Shown here: positions 9,506 through 19,699 of the stretch, in pieces
How the letters are laid out: every line of letters starts with the position of its first letter
Numbering within the stretch: position 1 is the first letter of the stretch
Origin: Myxococcota bacterium
Lineage (GTDB): Bacteria; Myxococcota_A; UBA796; CAJQPC01
Reading direction: 5' to 3'
Assembly (NCBI GenBank): GCA_036012755.1
Contig: DASCPX010000179.1
Location: forward strand, 32,001-96,000
DNA length: 64,000 nucleotides
Position numbers and translations under genes: made by a program
Notes under the pieces: generated by a model
Database searches by the model: none
Told to the model about the DNA's origin: nothing
The model's input: only the letters and a program-made list of their open reading frames with translations

Positions 9506-10720
9506 TTGAGCCGCAGCGACGTCCTGCGGGTGGCTGGCCTCCTGCTGCTGGCCGTCTTGATGATGTCCTCCTACGAGATCGCCCGGCCGGCGGCGGAGTC
9601 GCTGTTCGTCGGGGTCCACGGGGTAGAGGACATCCCGAAGGCCTGGCTGGCGGTGGCGCTCGGCGTGACCCTGACTGTGATGGTCTACAACCGCCTGGTT
9701 CGCTGGCTCAGGCTCGACCGGGTCTACGGCGGGGCCGCCCTGGTGAGCGTGGCGCTGTTGGCAGCGATCCAGGGGGTCCGAGCCCTCGAGTTGCCAGGCT
9801 ACGCCTACCTCTTCTACGTCTGGAAGGACGTCTACATCGTCGTGCTCGTCGAGGCCTTCTGGAGCATCTCGAACCAGCTCTTCGACCTGCGCTCCGCGCG
9901 CAAGCTCTATGGCCTCTTCTGCGCAGCGGGCTCCATCGGAGCGATCCTCGGCGCCAGGCTGCTCCGCTGGGGCACGGGCCTGTGGGGCACAGAGGACGCC
10001 ATCTGGATGGTCGCGCCGCTGTTGATCGCGACATCCCTGGTCGCCTTCGCCCTGGGAGCAGTGACGACGATTCCATCGCCGAAACAGAAGGAGCAGGTCG
10101 ACTTCGGCGTCGGCCTGTCCCTGCTGAGAGCCAGTCGCTACCTGGTGCTGCTGCTCCTGCTCGTGCTCGTCGGCCAGGTCCTGATGAACCTCCTGGACTT
10201 CCAGTTCCAGGACATCACGGCGACGGCCTACCCCGACACCGACGAGCGCACCGCGGCGGTCTCGAAGGTCTACGAGGCCATCAGCTACGGCGCCCTGGCG
10301 CTCCAGGTGACGACCGCCCTGGTCATCCGGCTGGTGGGCGTCCGCGGCGTGCTCGTGGGTGTGCCAGCGCTCTTCGGCGCCGCCTCGCTGGCCCTGTTGT
10401 TCAGCCCGGCGTTCCTGGTCGCGGCCTCGGCGAAGGTGACCTCGAAGGTGCTGGACTACTCGGTCTTCCGAGCGGCGAAGGAGATGCTGTACCTGCCTCT
10501 CACATACACGGAGAAGACCCAGGGCAAGGCGCTCATCGACATCCTCACCTACCGCCTGGCGAAGGGGGGAGCGGCCCTGTTGATCCAGGCGCTTCTGGCC
10601 CTTGGTCTGGCCGCGATCGTCGCCCCGATGAGTGTCTTGTTCGCCGTCTGCTGGGGGGTCATCGCGCTGTTGTTGGTCCGACGCTACCGGCTCTTGACCA
10701 GCGAGAAGAACTCCGGCTGA
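9506..10720 (+). CDS. Npt1/Npt2 (TLC, ATP/ADP translocase-like) MFS transporter
   Basis: About 11-12 TM segments; FWS..NQLFD...ARKLYG; DYSVFRAAKEMLYLPL; GKALID...RLAK. The true start may be ATG 9489 with an indel. Confidence 0.85.
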   Translation: MSRSDVLRVAGLLLLAVLMMSSYEIARPAAESLFVGVHGVEDIPKAWLAVALGVTLTVMVYNRLVRWLRLDRVYGGAALVSVALLAAIQGVRALELPGYAYLFYVWKDVYIVVLVEAFWSISNQLFDLRSARKLYGLFCAAGSIGAILGARLLRWGTGLWGTEDAIWMVAPLLIATSLVAFALGAVTTIPSPKQKEQVDFGVGLSLLRASRYLVLLLLLVLVGQVLMNLLDFQFQDITATAYPDTDERTAAVSKVYEAISYGALALQVTTALVIRLVGVRGVLVGVPALFGAASLALLFSPAFLVAASAKVTSKVLDYSVFRAAKEMLYLPLTYTEKTQGKALIDILTYRLAKGGAALLIQALLALGLAAIVAPMSVLFAVCWGVIALLLVRRYRLLTSEKNSG

Positions 10721-11157
10721 GCGACCCTTGCCCAGTCCTCTGTGGAGATGAGCAGGGAGTCGGTCGAGGTCCCAGCGGTGAAGGCCACGACGTCCACATC
10801 GAGCAGGCCGGTGTCGGCCACGAGCCGGAAAGGCAACAGCGGCCGGCCGAAGGGCGGGATGCGCCCGCGGACCAGGCCGAGCGCCTCGAGCTCCTCTGGC
10901 CGCGCGAAGCGGAGCTTCTGGGAGCGCAGCTGCCGCCGCACCAGGCCGTTGTCGGTCCGGCGGTCCGTGCGCACGGCGACCACCGTGAGCTCGCCGCGGA
11001 TCTTCATCAACAGCGCCTTGCACCCATGTGACAGCGGCTCCCCACGCAGCTCGGAGATGTGCTCGGAGCTGGTTGCCTCCGCGTGGCGGCGGTGCTCGAC
11101 GGCGACCCCCTCCGACTCCAACCAGTCCAGGGTCCGCTGCAGGAGGCTGGTCGTCAT
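10684..11157 (-). CDS. YbaK/EbsC family aminoacyl-tRNA deacylase-like protein
   Basis: CKALLMK, LRFA..EEL, GRIPPFG, FTAG. Start ATG 11157. Confidence 0.85.
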   Translation of the reverse strand: MTTSLLQRTLDWLESEGVAVEHRRHAEATSSEHISELRGEPLSHGCKALLMKIRGELTVVAVRTDRRTDNGLVRRQLRSQKLRFARPEELEALGLVRGRIPPFGRPLLPFRLVADTGLLDVDVVAFTAGTSTDSLLISTEDWARVAQPEFFSLVKSR

Positions 11158-11235
11158 CGCCCGGACAATATCTGGTCCCTCCCCCGGCGATCCTCTGGTT
11201 AGCGAAAATCGACCTGAGAAAGGAGAACCCGGGAG

Positions 11236-11915
11236 GCATACGCAAACAACAAGTTCTGCTGGCACGGCTGCATCAGCACGGACGTCGAGGTGGCCAAGTC
11301 CTTCTACAGCGAGGTCATGGGGTGGAGCCACGTCACCCAGCAGATGGGGGACGACAGCGTGACGATGCTGGCCAACAACGGCATCCCCCGCGCCCGCCCC
11401 GCACAGCCGCGTGCGGGTCCAACGCCGGAGTCGTCCTGATCCCGCCGACCGACATCGCCCCCGGTAGCTACAGCGTCGTGCAGAGCCCCTCCGGCGCGGT
11501 CTGTTGCCTCTTCCGCGAGATCGACGAGGCCACGGCAGAAGACGCGCCCAACGACGTGGGCGGCGTCGCCTGGGTAGAGCTCAACAGCACGGACATCACG
11601 GCGGACATCGCCTGGCTCGAGGCCGCCCTGGGCATCACCTACAAGGAGATGCCCATGCCCGACGGCGGCACCTACTACCTGCTGGAGTCCGGCGGTGAGT
11701 CCATCGGCGCCGGTGCGATGACGACCCCGAACGAGAACGTCCCGGCTTGCTGGATGATCTGGTTCTCCGTCACGAGCGTGGACGAGACGCTTCAGCGCGC
11801 CGCGAACAACGGCGGCGCCACGGTCATGCCCCCGATGGACATGCCCGGTGTCGGAAGGCTCGCGGCGATCAGTGACAGCACCGGTGGGGTCTTCGGGATC
11901 ATCCAGGGCGAGTAG
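11236..11915 (+). pseudogene. VOC/glyoxalase-like two-domain protein; start codon lost, frameshift and deletion near 11395
   Basis: Frame 1 reads AYANNKFCWHGCISTDVEVAKSFYSEVMGW; frame 2 reads VAWVELNSTD...WMIWFSVTSVD...DMPGVGRLA...GGVFGI. SD AGGAGA at 11221 but GAG where ATG is expected. Confidence 0.8.
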
Positions 11916-11955
11916 AACGCCTTGGCGGCCCGTGTAACGGTGTTACATATCCCGT

Positions 11956-12507
11956 ATGGATGTTACAACTCGACTCCGCGACGCCATCAACAAGGGCGAG
12001 CTGAAGGCCGACGAGCTCACTGCGCGCAAGGTCGCCGCCTACCTCGGGCGCAGCACGAGCCTCGTCTACCACCACTACGGAAGCCTCGACGGGCTGCTCT
12101 TCGCCGTGGCCCAGGAGGGCTACGGGCTCCTCGGCGAGCGGCTCCTCGGCGCCCTCGACGGGGGGCTTCCGGCGCTGGCGCGGACCTATGTCCGCTTCGG
12201 CCTCGACTACCCAGAGCTCTACGGGCTCATGTTCGAGCGCCGCTACGACTGGGCGGCCCTGCGCGAGCGCGGAGCATGCTCCGACAGCCCGGGCATGGGC
12301 CTCTGGCACCAGGCCGTGGCCACCCTGGCCGAGGCTGGAAGCAGCTCGCCAGAGGCCGACGCGCGCGTGCTCCTGGCGAGCCTCCACGGGACCGTGTCCC
12401 TGGCGCTGTCCGGGCGCGCCAACGTCGGCGACCTCGACCGGACCGACCGCGAGGTCGCCCTCTTGTCCGCAACGCGCATCGCAGCGCTCATCACTGGAGA
12501 CCGCTGA
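11956..12507 (+). CDS. TetR-like regulator with WHG-type C-terminal domain
   Basis: LTARKVAAYLG.STSLVYHHYGS HTH; YPELYGLMF; LASLHG. Confidence 0.85.
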   Translation: MDVTTRLRDAINKGELKADELTARKVAAYLGRSTSLVYHHYGSLDGLLFAVAQEGYGLLGERLLGALDGGLPALARTYVRFGLDYPELYGLMFERRYDWAALRERGACSDSPGMGLWHQAVATLAEAGSSSPEADARVLLASLHGTVSLALSGRANVGDLDRTDREVALLSATRIAALITGDR

Positions 12508-13682
12508 TGATCGACTCCACCTACGAGCTGCCCAACGGCCAGATCCTGCCGAACCGCATCGCGAAGTCCGCGATGAGCGAGCGCCTGAGCAAGGACGGAA
12601 GCCCCGTGCCCGAGCTCGTGCATCTCTACGAGCAGTGGGCCGCCGGGGGCACCGGGCTCCTCATCACCGGCAACGTCATGGTCGATCGCCGCCACCTCGG
12701 CGAGAGCGGCAACGTCATCGTCGAGGACGACCGCGACCTCGAGGCGCTCAGGGCCTGGGCGCAGGCCGCGCAGTCCGGGGGCGGCCGGGTCTGGATGCAG
12801 ATCAACCACCCGGGCCGCCAGAGCCCGCGTCACGTCAACCGCCAGCCAGTGGCGCCGAGCGCGGTGTCCATAGACATCCCCGGAGCCTTCGTGGCCCCTC
12901 GCGAGCTCGAGATAGACGAGGTCTGGGACATCGTCGAGCGCTTCGCAAGCACCGCTGAGGTCGCGCAGCGGGCTGGCTTCGACGGTGTGCAGATCCACGG
13001 CGCCCACGGCTACCTCGTGAGCCAGTTCCTCTCCCCTCGCACCAACCAGCGCGAGGACATGTGGGGGGGCGACGACACCCGGCGGCGCCGCTTCCTCCTC
13101 GAGCTCGTCCGGGCAATCGTCGCCCGCACCGGTCCGGACTTCGCCGTCGGCGTGAAGCTCAACTCGGCCGACTTCCAGAAGGGCGGCTTCAGCGAAGAGG
13201 CCAGCCTGGCCGTCGTCAAGGCGCTGGAGGCAGAGGGCATCGACCTCATCGAGGTGAGCGGAGGCACCTACGAGTCCGCCGTCATGTTCGAGGAGACCCA
13301 GCCCCAGCACGACAGCTCGATCAAGCGCGAGGCCTTCTTCCTCGACTTCGCCCACACCGTCCGAGCCAACTGCGGCCTGCCGATCCTCGTGACCGGCGGC
13401 TTCCGCACCCTCGACGGCATGGAGGACGCGCTCGCCAGCGGCGCTACGGACCTCATCGGCATGGCCCGACCGCTCGCCGCCGAGCCCGACCTCCCCCAGC
13501 GCCTGATGACCAGGGACTCGACCGCGGCCCGCCCGATCAAGCTCGCGACTGGCCACAAGACCCTCGACGCCTTGATCCAGGGGGGCTGGTACCAGCTCCA
13601 GATCAAGCGCATGGCGGCCGGCAAGGCGCCCGATCCCTCTCTCTGGCGGGTCTGCGCGGTCCTCCAAGCGGTCGCCGGATAG
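12507..13682 (+). CDS. NADH:flavin oxidoreductase (Old Yellow Enzyme family)
   Basis: PNRIAKSAMSE, QINHPGRQ, AGFDGVQIHGAHGYLVSQFLSP, IEVSGGTYE. Confidence 0.92.
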   Translation: MIDSTYELPNGQILPNRIAKSAMSERLSKDGSPVPELVHLYEQWAAGGTGLLITGNVMVDRRHLGESGNVIVEDDRDLEALRAWAQAAQSGGGRVWMQINHPGRQSPRHVNRQPVAPSAVSIDIPGAFVAPRELEIDEVWDIVERFASTAEVAQRAGFDGVQIHGAHGYLVSQFLSPRTNQREDMWGGDDTRRRRFLLELVRAIVARTGPDFAVGVKLNSADFQKGGFSEEASLAVVKALEAEGIDLIEVSGGTYESAVMFEETQPQHDSSIKREAFFLDFAHTVRANCGLPILVTGGFRTLDGMEDALASGATDLIGMARPLAAEPDLPQRLMTRDSTAARPIKLATGHKTLDALIQGGWYQLQIKRMAAGKAPDPSLWRVCAVLQAVAG

Positions 13683-13685
13683 TCG

Positions 13686-14933
13686 ATGCCCATGAGTCGC
13701 CTGGTCCACCGCGATGTCCTGGATACGCAGGGCTGTCCCCTCCCCTGGGTGCCGCCAGAGCGACCGAGTGAGCCCTTGCTGCCCGGCTCGGACGAGGACG
13801 ACGTGCTCGTCGACCAGCCGCCTCCTCCTCCCGGAGACGCAGCCCAGCCCTGGCTCATCGAGCTCTCGGAGAGGCTGCGCGAGCTCACGGGCCTGCCTCC
13901 CTACGAGCTCGTGGTGGACCCCGCCCCACAGCTCCGCCGCGGACTGTGCACCGGGCGGGTGTGGATGATCGATGGCGTGGCTCGGTGGGTCTGGCTGTCT
14001 CCCTGCCCCAACGCCGACCGGGCGGAGATCGCCGCCACGCTCGCCCACGAGCTTGCCCACCCGCTCACCAACAGCGGCCACGACCGCCACTTCAAGCAGA
14101 CGCTGGTGGATCTGGCCCGAGCCGCCTGGGGCGATGAGTTCTTCGAGCACGCCGACAGCGCCCTCCCCTACAGCGAGGTCGACCGCTGGCTCGTCACCGG
14201 CGTCCGTGCGGCCCTCGCAAAGCGGCCTCCGCCACGACCCCGGACCTCGGACGAGGGAAACACCGCGCGGCTGGTCACGCGCATCCGCAAGCTCCAGGCC
14301 CTGGCCGCCAGCCAGCCCGGCCAGCCAGAGGCCATCGCCGCGAGCGCGAGAGCCAACGACCTCGTCACCCTCTACGGCCTGGGCGGCTACCAGGTCCAGC
14401 TCGAGACGGGCATCGACGACCAGATGGTCGACCGCTGGGTGTTGCTCAAGCCCCGCGTCGTGTGGCAGCGCCACCTGTGCCACGCCATCGCCCGCTTCTT
14501 CGGCGTCTTCAGCCTCTCGATGGCCCGCGCCGGCCGCATGCACTTCTTCGGTCGACACGCCGACGTGGTAGCCACCGCCTACCTCGTCGAGGTCACGCTC
14601 GGGGCCATCGAGCGCGGCTCGGACCAGCACATCGCCCAGTGGAAGAAGAGCCGCCGCCGCCGCGGCCACACCCGCAGCGAGCGCGTCGCCTTCTGCGGCT
14701 CGGCCACCGTCGCCTTCGCAGAGAAGCTCGCCGAACTGAAGGACCGCCGCGCCCACGAAGACATCGAAGAGGCCAGGGCCTTCGCGGGCCTGGAGCATCG
14801 GAGTCGCGGCATCCGCTGGACGACGGCCCGCCGCACGACCGTGACCCACAACGACGCCGGCGTGCGGCTCGGAAGGTCCCTCGAGGTGGTGCGCGGGATG
14901 GGCTCGGGCAAGCAGCCGCGCCGGCTACGCTGA
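13686..14933 (+). CDS. HExxH zinc-peptidase-like domain fused to a DUF2786-like domain
   Basis: TLAHELAH...GHDRHF; RIRKLQALA...EAIAASARANDL...YGL. Confidence 0.65.
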   Translation: MPMSRLVHRDVLDTQGCPLPWVPPERPSEPLLPGSDEDDVLVDQPPPPPGDAAQPWLIELSERLRELTGLPPYELVVDPAPQLRRGLCTGRVWMIDGVARWVWLSPCPNADRAEIAATLAHELAHPLTNSGHDRHFKQTLVDLARAAWGDEFFEHADSALPYSEVDRWLVTGVRAALAKRPPPRPRTSDEGNTARLVTRIRKLQALAASQPGQPEAIAASARANDLVTLYGLGGYQVQLETGIDDQMVDRWVLLKPRVVWQRHLCHAIARFFGVFSLSMARAGRMHFFGRHADVVATAYLVEVTLGAIERGSDQHIAQWKKSRRRRGHTRSERVAFCGSATVAFAEKLAELKDRRAHEDIEEARAFAGLEHRSRGIRWTTARRTTVTHNDAGVRLGRSLEVVRGMGSGKQPRRLR

Positions 14934-14986
14934 GGCCAGGCGCTCTCAGCGAGCACAACGGGGGCTCTCGAGGGGTACCATTCGGC

Positions 14987-16654
14987 ATGCTCTGGACGAC
15001 CACCGCGCTCGCGGCGACGCTGCAGGTCCCTCAGGACTATCCAACGATCCAAGCGGCGATCGACGCGGCCGAGGTCGGCGACTTCGTCGAGGTCTACGAG
15101 GGCAACTACACAGAAGACCTCGACATCGACATCGACATCGAGATCGGCGCCGACGGCGGCCAGGTCGAGGTCGTCGGGACCCACGTCGTGACGGACGACC
15201 TCCGCATCAGCGGCGTCGACTTCACGGGCAACGGCCACGACCCCTGCTTCAGGGTCACGGGCGAGACGCTGTACATCGCCATGAGCCAGATCGTCGGCTG
15301 CGGCGGCGCCATCATCGCAACTGGAACGGACATCACCGTGCAGGGCTCGGCGTTGACGAGCAACAGCTCCTACGGGGGCGTCGGAGGTGTCGACCTCGTC
15401 GGCGGCGACCTCTACGTGTTCGACTCCAGCCTGACCGGGAACACCACGACCTACGGCAACACCGGCGCCATCGAGGTCGAAGGCGGCGACGTCGAGCTCG
15501 AGAGCTCCTCGTTGTCCAACAACCACGGCTACGGCGGCGGGGGCGCACTCGGCGTGGTCGGGGACCTTATCGTCACCGACACGAGCTTCTCGGGGGACGG
15601 GACGACCTACGGCTCGGGGGGTGCCATCCTCGTCACCGGGGGCGATGTGCTCATCGAGGGCTCCAGCTTCAGCTCCACCTCGGCCTACGGAGGGGGCGGG
15701 GCCGTAGCGGTGCGGGGCGGCGACCTCGAGGTGGTCTCGACGACCTTCGAGGACACCCAGACGACCTACGGGGTCGGGGGCGCCCTCGAGTGGTCCGACG
15801 GTGACTTCCTGGTGCTCGACGGCGTGGTCGCCAGCAACGGCAGCGCCTACGGTGGAGGCGGCCTGATCTTCGGCAGCGGGACGAGCATCACCGTCTCGAA
15901 GACCCAGCTGTCCTCTGGCTCGACGACATACGGGAACGGGGGCGCGCTCCATCTCACCGGCACCTCCGTCGAGCTGCATCGACTCTGGATCGAGGACGGC
16001 GCCTGCAGGGACGGAGGAGGAGGACTCTACGTCGACGCAGACAGCACGGAGATGACCAACTCGGTGGTCCTGGACAGCACCGCGCTCCTCGGCGGGGGCG
16101 TCTACCTCGCTGGGGACGTGGCGGAGGTCTACAACAACGACTTCCTCGCCAACGCCGCCAGCTCCGCCGCCGACAACGTCTTCCTCGCCGCCGGGTCTGC
16201 CGAGTTCGTCAACAACATCGTCGCGGGCTCCGAGAGCACCAGCCCGATGACGGCCAACGGCAGCGTCGAGTACGGACACAACGCCTGGTTCGACAACCTC
16301 GAGGACACGGACTTCGCCGCCGACACCGACGTGAACGAGGACTGCGACTTCGTCCAGTATTCCAGCGACCTCCACCTCTCGGAGGGCAGCCCCTGCATCG
16401 ACGCGGGCACCCCGGAGCTCTCGGACCCGGACGGCTCGGTGAGCGACATCGGGGCCTTCGGCGGACCCGGGGCGGAGTGGGAGGGAGAGACCGACACCGG
16501 CGACACCGGAGGGGACACAGGCGACACGAGCGACACCGGAGATGGGGACGACGGCGACGACGTCGGCGTGCGCGCTTTCTGCGGCTGCCGCTCCAACAAC
16601 AGCGCGATCCTGATCCTCGGACTCCTGCCGCTGTTGTTCCGCCGCCAGGGCTGA
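14987..16654 (+). CDS. Secreted right-handed beta-helix repeat protein with MYXO-CTERM-like anchor
   Basis: VPQDYPTIQAAIDAA, repeated YGxGGA(I/L), SPCIDAG..DIGAFGG, acidic DTG linker, C-terminal FCGC-hydrophobic-RR. Confidence 0.8.
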   Translation: MLWTTTALAATLQVPQDYPTIQAAIDAAEVGDFVEVYEGNYTEDLDIDIDIEIGADGGQVEVVGTHVVTDDLRISGVDFTGNGHDPCFRVTGETLYIAMSQIVGCGGAIIATGTDITVQGSALTSNSSYGGVGGVDLVGGDLYVFDSSLTGNTTTYGNTGAIEVEGGDVELESSSLSNNHGYGGGGALGVVGDLIVTDTSFSGDGTTYGSGGAILVTGGDVLIEGSSFSSTSAYGGGGAVAVRGGDLEVVSTTFEDTQTTYGVGGALEWSDGDFLVLDGVVASNGSAYGGGGLIFGSGTSITVSKTQLSSGSTTYGNGGALHLTGTSVELHRLWIEDGACRDGGGGLYVDADSTEMTNSVVLDSTALLGGGVYLAGDVAEVYNNDFLANAASSAADNVFLAAGSAEFVNNIVAGSESTSPMTANGSVEYGHNAWFDNLEDTDFAADTDVNEDCDFVQYSSDLHLSEGSPCIDAGTPELSDPDGSVSDIGAFGGPGAEWEGETDTGDTGGDTGDTSDTGDGDDGDDVGVRAFCGCRSNNSAILILGLLPLLFRRQG

Positions 16655-17322
16655 TGGACCTGCTCCGCCGCAGCATCGCCGAGGCCGTTGGCACATTCGC
16701 GCTGGTCTTCGCCGGCTGCGGCGCGATCGTGGTCGAGGCGCAGACCGGGGCCCTCGGCCACGCGGGCGTCTCGGCGGTCTTCGGCCTGGTGATCGCCGTG
16801 ATGGTCTTCGCGGTCGGCCACATCAGCGGAGCCCACTTCAACCCTGGGGTCACCATCGCCTTCGCCCTGATCGGCGAGTTCCGCTGGAGAGAGGCCCCCG
16901 CCTACATCGCCGCCCAGGTCGCCGCCGCGGTGATCGCTGCCCTGGGCGTCGCCCACCTGATCGGGATGGACGCCCACCTCGGCGCGACCCTGCCCGCCGT
17001 CGAGCTCCTGCCCACGGCCCTGCTCGAGGTCGTCATGACCTTCTTCCTGATGTTCGTCATCACGGCCGTGGCGACGGACAGCCGGGCCTCTGGCAAGGTG
17101 GCCGCCCTCGCCATCGGGGGGACGGTGGGCCTCTGCGCGCTCTTCGGCGGTCCCCTGACCGGGGCCTCGCTGAACCCCGCCCGAAGCCTCGGCCCGGCGC
17201 TGGTCGGCGGCACGCTGGAGTCCCTCTGGCTCTACATCCTCGCCCCCATCGTCGGGGCGAGCCTGGGAGCGCTCGCCTACCGCTTCGTCCAGGGACAGCC
17301 GAAGACGGATGCGGCTGCGTAG
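16654..17322 (+). CDS. MIP family channel (aquaporin/aquaglyceroporin)
   Basis: HISGAHFNPGVT and GASLNPARSLGP; 6 TM segments. Confidence 0.93.
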   Translation: MDLLRRSIAEAVGTFALVFAGCGAIVVEAQTGALGHAGVSAVFGLVIAVMVFAVGHISGAHFNPGVTIAFALIGEFRWREAPAYIAAQVAAAVIAALGVAHLIGMDAHLGATLPAVELLPTALLEVVMTFFLMFVITAVATDSRASGKVAALAIGGTVGLCALFGGPLTGASLNPARSLGPALVGGTLESLWLYILAPIVGASLGALAYRFVQGQPKTDAAA

Positions 17323-17331
17323 AATCCGCGG

Positions 17332-19647
17332 ATGCAGATGCTGTGGATCGCCCCCCTGCTCGCGGGGCCGCTTGATGACGAGCTGAAGACCGTCTGCCGC
17401 GAGGCATGGATCGCCTCCCTCGATGCCACGGCCTACCCGCCGTCTCCCTACCTGGGGCCCCACGAGCTCCCGGCCACCATCGAGATCGAGACCAGCTACC
17501 AGGCCTTCAACGACTACTACTACTTCGCCCTGGTCGACGGGAAGATCTGGTACAAGCCCCGCTTCAAGCGCCCGGCTGGAGAGCCGGAGATCGCGACGAA
17601 GCTGCCCTGGAAGCTCCTGGGCCACGACGAGGGGCTGCCCTACCGGCTGGAGGATCCCGAGCTCGACACGTCATGGGCCGACGGCGAGCGCGGCGGCTGG
17701 GTCTCCGACCGCCACTTCGAGAACAGCGACGACTGGAAGAGCTTCATGGACCCGAACCTCTGGCATGGGGCCGGGCTGTGGCCCCACGACGACCCGATCG
17801 AGCTGGATGCGGACTTCCCGAGCGCCGCCAGCATCGTCGCCATCACCGCCGACGCCGACGAGCTCGCGGTGCTCTCCAACAACCGCCAGATGTTCTACCG
17901 GCGCAAGTTCGCCAACATCTTCGTGCCGGACGAGTGGATGTACGGCTGGGGTCAGTCAAAGGACCTGCCCGTCTACTTCCCGCGCCACCTCACCGGCAAC
18001 CGGGGCTGGTCCCTGGGGCGCATCACGGCGCCGGGGGTCGGCTACAAGGAGGGCCCCGACGGCCGCATCTTCGAGTGGGGCCCGGCAGCCGTCTCGATGG
18101 AGACGATGGTCTGGCTGGCCGCAGACGGACGAGTGATCTACTACCTCGACTCGGGCACTCCCCCCGAGATCGTGCACTTCGTCGAGCCGCCCCTTCGGGG
18201 TCAATGGCGCGGGGTGTCGATCAACGCCGCGGCCTCGACCGTGATGGTCATGGACCGCTTCGGAGCCGTCCAGACCAAGATCGCCGACTTCGACCTGCTC
18301 GGGTCCACGCCGACGCACCCCTACTGCTACTTCGAGGAGTGCGACGACGAGCCCTTCTACAAGCCCGGCGACATCCGCAGCGGCATGTCCGACATCCGCC
18401 TCCCCTCGGAGGGCTGGCAACTCCACCCCCCCGTCCTGCCGCCAGAGGCCTGGGACGAGGACAACTGGCTCTCAGAGGCCATCACCATCCTCCAGACCGG
18501 CAAGGGCAACGCAGAGCGAGAGCTGCGCATCGTCGGCATGCGCGAAGGCGTGCTCGGCTCCTTCCACAAGAAGCTGGACGCAGGGAGCTGGTCCTTCCGG
18601 CCTGCCCCCCACGGAGACAAGGCCTTCGAGGAGGGCCGCCGCCTCGCGCTCGTGGACCTCTCCCGGTACGGCGGAGCCAAGGCCTTCGCCGATCTGCACG
18701 CCGGGGAGCCCGTCGTCGACAAGCAGCTCGTCGGTCGCCTCGATCTGGGCGGCCGGGTCTTCGAGCTCGAGGTCGACGACTTCAACCCGCAGGCATCGCC
18801 CTGGCACATCACCATCCGCCACGGGGACATCGAGCTCCCCATGGAGCTCCACGTCGTGCAAGCGTGGAACCCCTACATGCCGCCTCACCCAGAGGACATC
18901 CACATCGTCACCTACGAGGGCACCCTGGCCTTCGAGTCGGTGGCCCTGATGCGAGAGCTCGACGGGCTCTACGATGAGCACGGGCGCGCCTTGACGCAGC
19001 TGGTCCAGAGGTCGAAGAACAACAAGTTCGCCCTGGTCGTCAACACCACGGAGGCGGGCATCTGGTTCCGAACCAAGTTCGAGGACCGCACTGGTCCGAT
19101 CGAAGCCATCGCCGTCCTCCCTCGCCTGGCGTTGAAGGAGGACGACCTCGCCGCCTGGGAGGCCCATGTCTGGACACTTTTGTCCGATCACATGGGCTGG
19201 CGCGACGCGGTCGATGGCCTCGACACCCTCCGCCCGGAGGCCACCTGCGAGCCGGCGAACCTGCGCTGGGCGGCGGAGGTGCTGAAGCTGGAGCGCGACA
19301 TCGACGGCGACCTCGACGGCATCAAGAGCGTGCGCAACGAGGCGAGGCGCTTTGCCCGCTTCACCTTCTCCACCAGCGGCTTCTTCTACGCCACCGGCAT
19401 CAAGGCGGTCGACGCCGCCTTGGACCACTCCCGCGCGAACCGGAATGACGACGTTCGCCCCAACGAGCTCCGATTCAACGTCATCGTCGGCGTCAGCGAG
19501 CGCATCCCCTACCTCGCGAAGAACATCTCCAGACTTCACGCGGACCGCTACCGCCTGGCGAAGGGGGAGCGTCAGCGGGTGGACGATGATCTCGACGCGC
19601 TGGTCGATCACGCCGAGGCGATCGGGAAAGTCTGCGAACAACGCTGA
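17332..19647 (+). CDS. Large hypothetical protein, probably secreted
   Basis: 771-aa ORF with strong GC3 codon bias and a short hydrophobic N-terminus; no family recognised. Confidence 0.75.
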   Translation: MQMLWIAPLLAGPLDDELKTVCREAWIASLDATAYPPSPYLGPHELPATIEIETSYQAFNDYYYFALVDGKIWYKPRFKRPAGEPEIATKLPWKLLGHDEGLPYRLEDPELDTSWADGERGGWVSDRHFENSDDWKSFMDPNLWHGAGLWPHDDPIELDADFPSAASIVAITADADELAVLSNNRQMFYRRKFANIFVPDEWMYGWGQSKDLPVYFPRHLTGNRGWSLGRITAPGVGYKEGPDGRIFEWGPAAVSMETMVWLAADGRVIYYLDSGTPPEIVHFVEPPLRGQWRGVSINAAASTVMVMDRFGAVQTKIADFDLLGSTPTHPYCYFEECDDEPFYKPGDIRSGMSDIRLPSEGWQLHPPVLPPEAWDEDNWLSEAITILQTGKGNAERELRIVGMREGVLGSFHKKLDAGSWSFRPAPHGDKAFEEGRRLALVDLSRYGGAKAFADLHAGEPVVDKQLVGRLDLGGRVFELEVDDFNPQASPWHITIRHGDIELPMELHVVQAWNPYMPPHPEDIHIVTYEGTLAFESVALMRELDGLYDEHGRALTQLVQRSKNNKFALVVNTTEAGIWFRTKFEDRTGPIEAIAVLPRLALKEDDLAAWEAHVWTLLSDHMGWRDAVDGLDTLRPEATCEPANLRWAAEVLKLERDIDGDLDGIKSVRNEARRFARFTFSTSGFFYATGIKAVDAALDHSRANRNDDVRPNELRFNVIVGVSERIPYLAKNISRLHADRYRLAKGERQRVDDDLDALVDHAEAIGKVCEQR

Positions 19648-19699
19648 GGTCCGGCCGCCTTCGATCCGATCACCAGGATGAGAAGAACGCAGGACGAAG

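Noticed and set aside
16654..17322. Arsenic-resistance operon around the MIP channel
   Set aside because: No arsR, arsC or acr3 nearby; the NPG variant alone is not diagnostic
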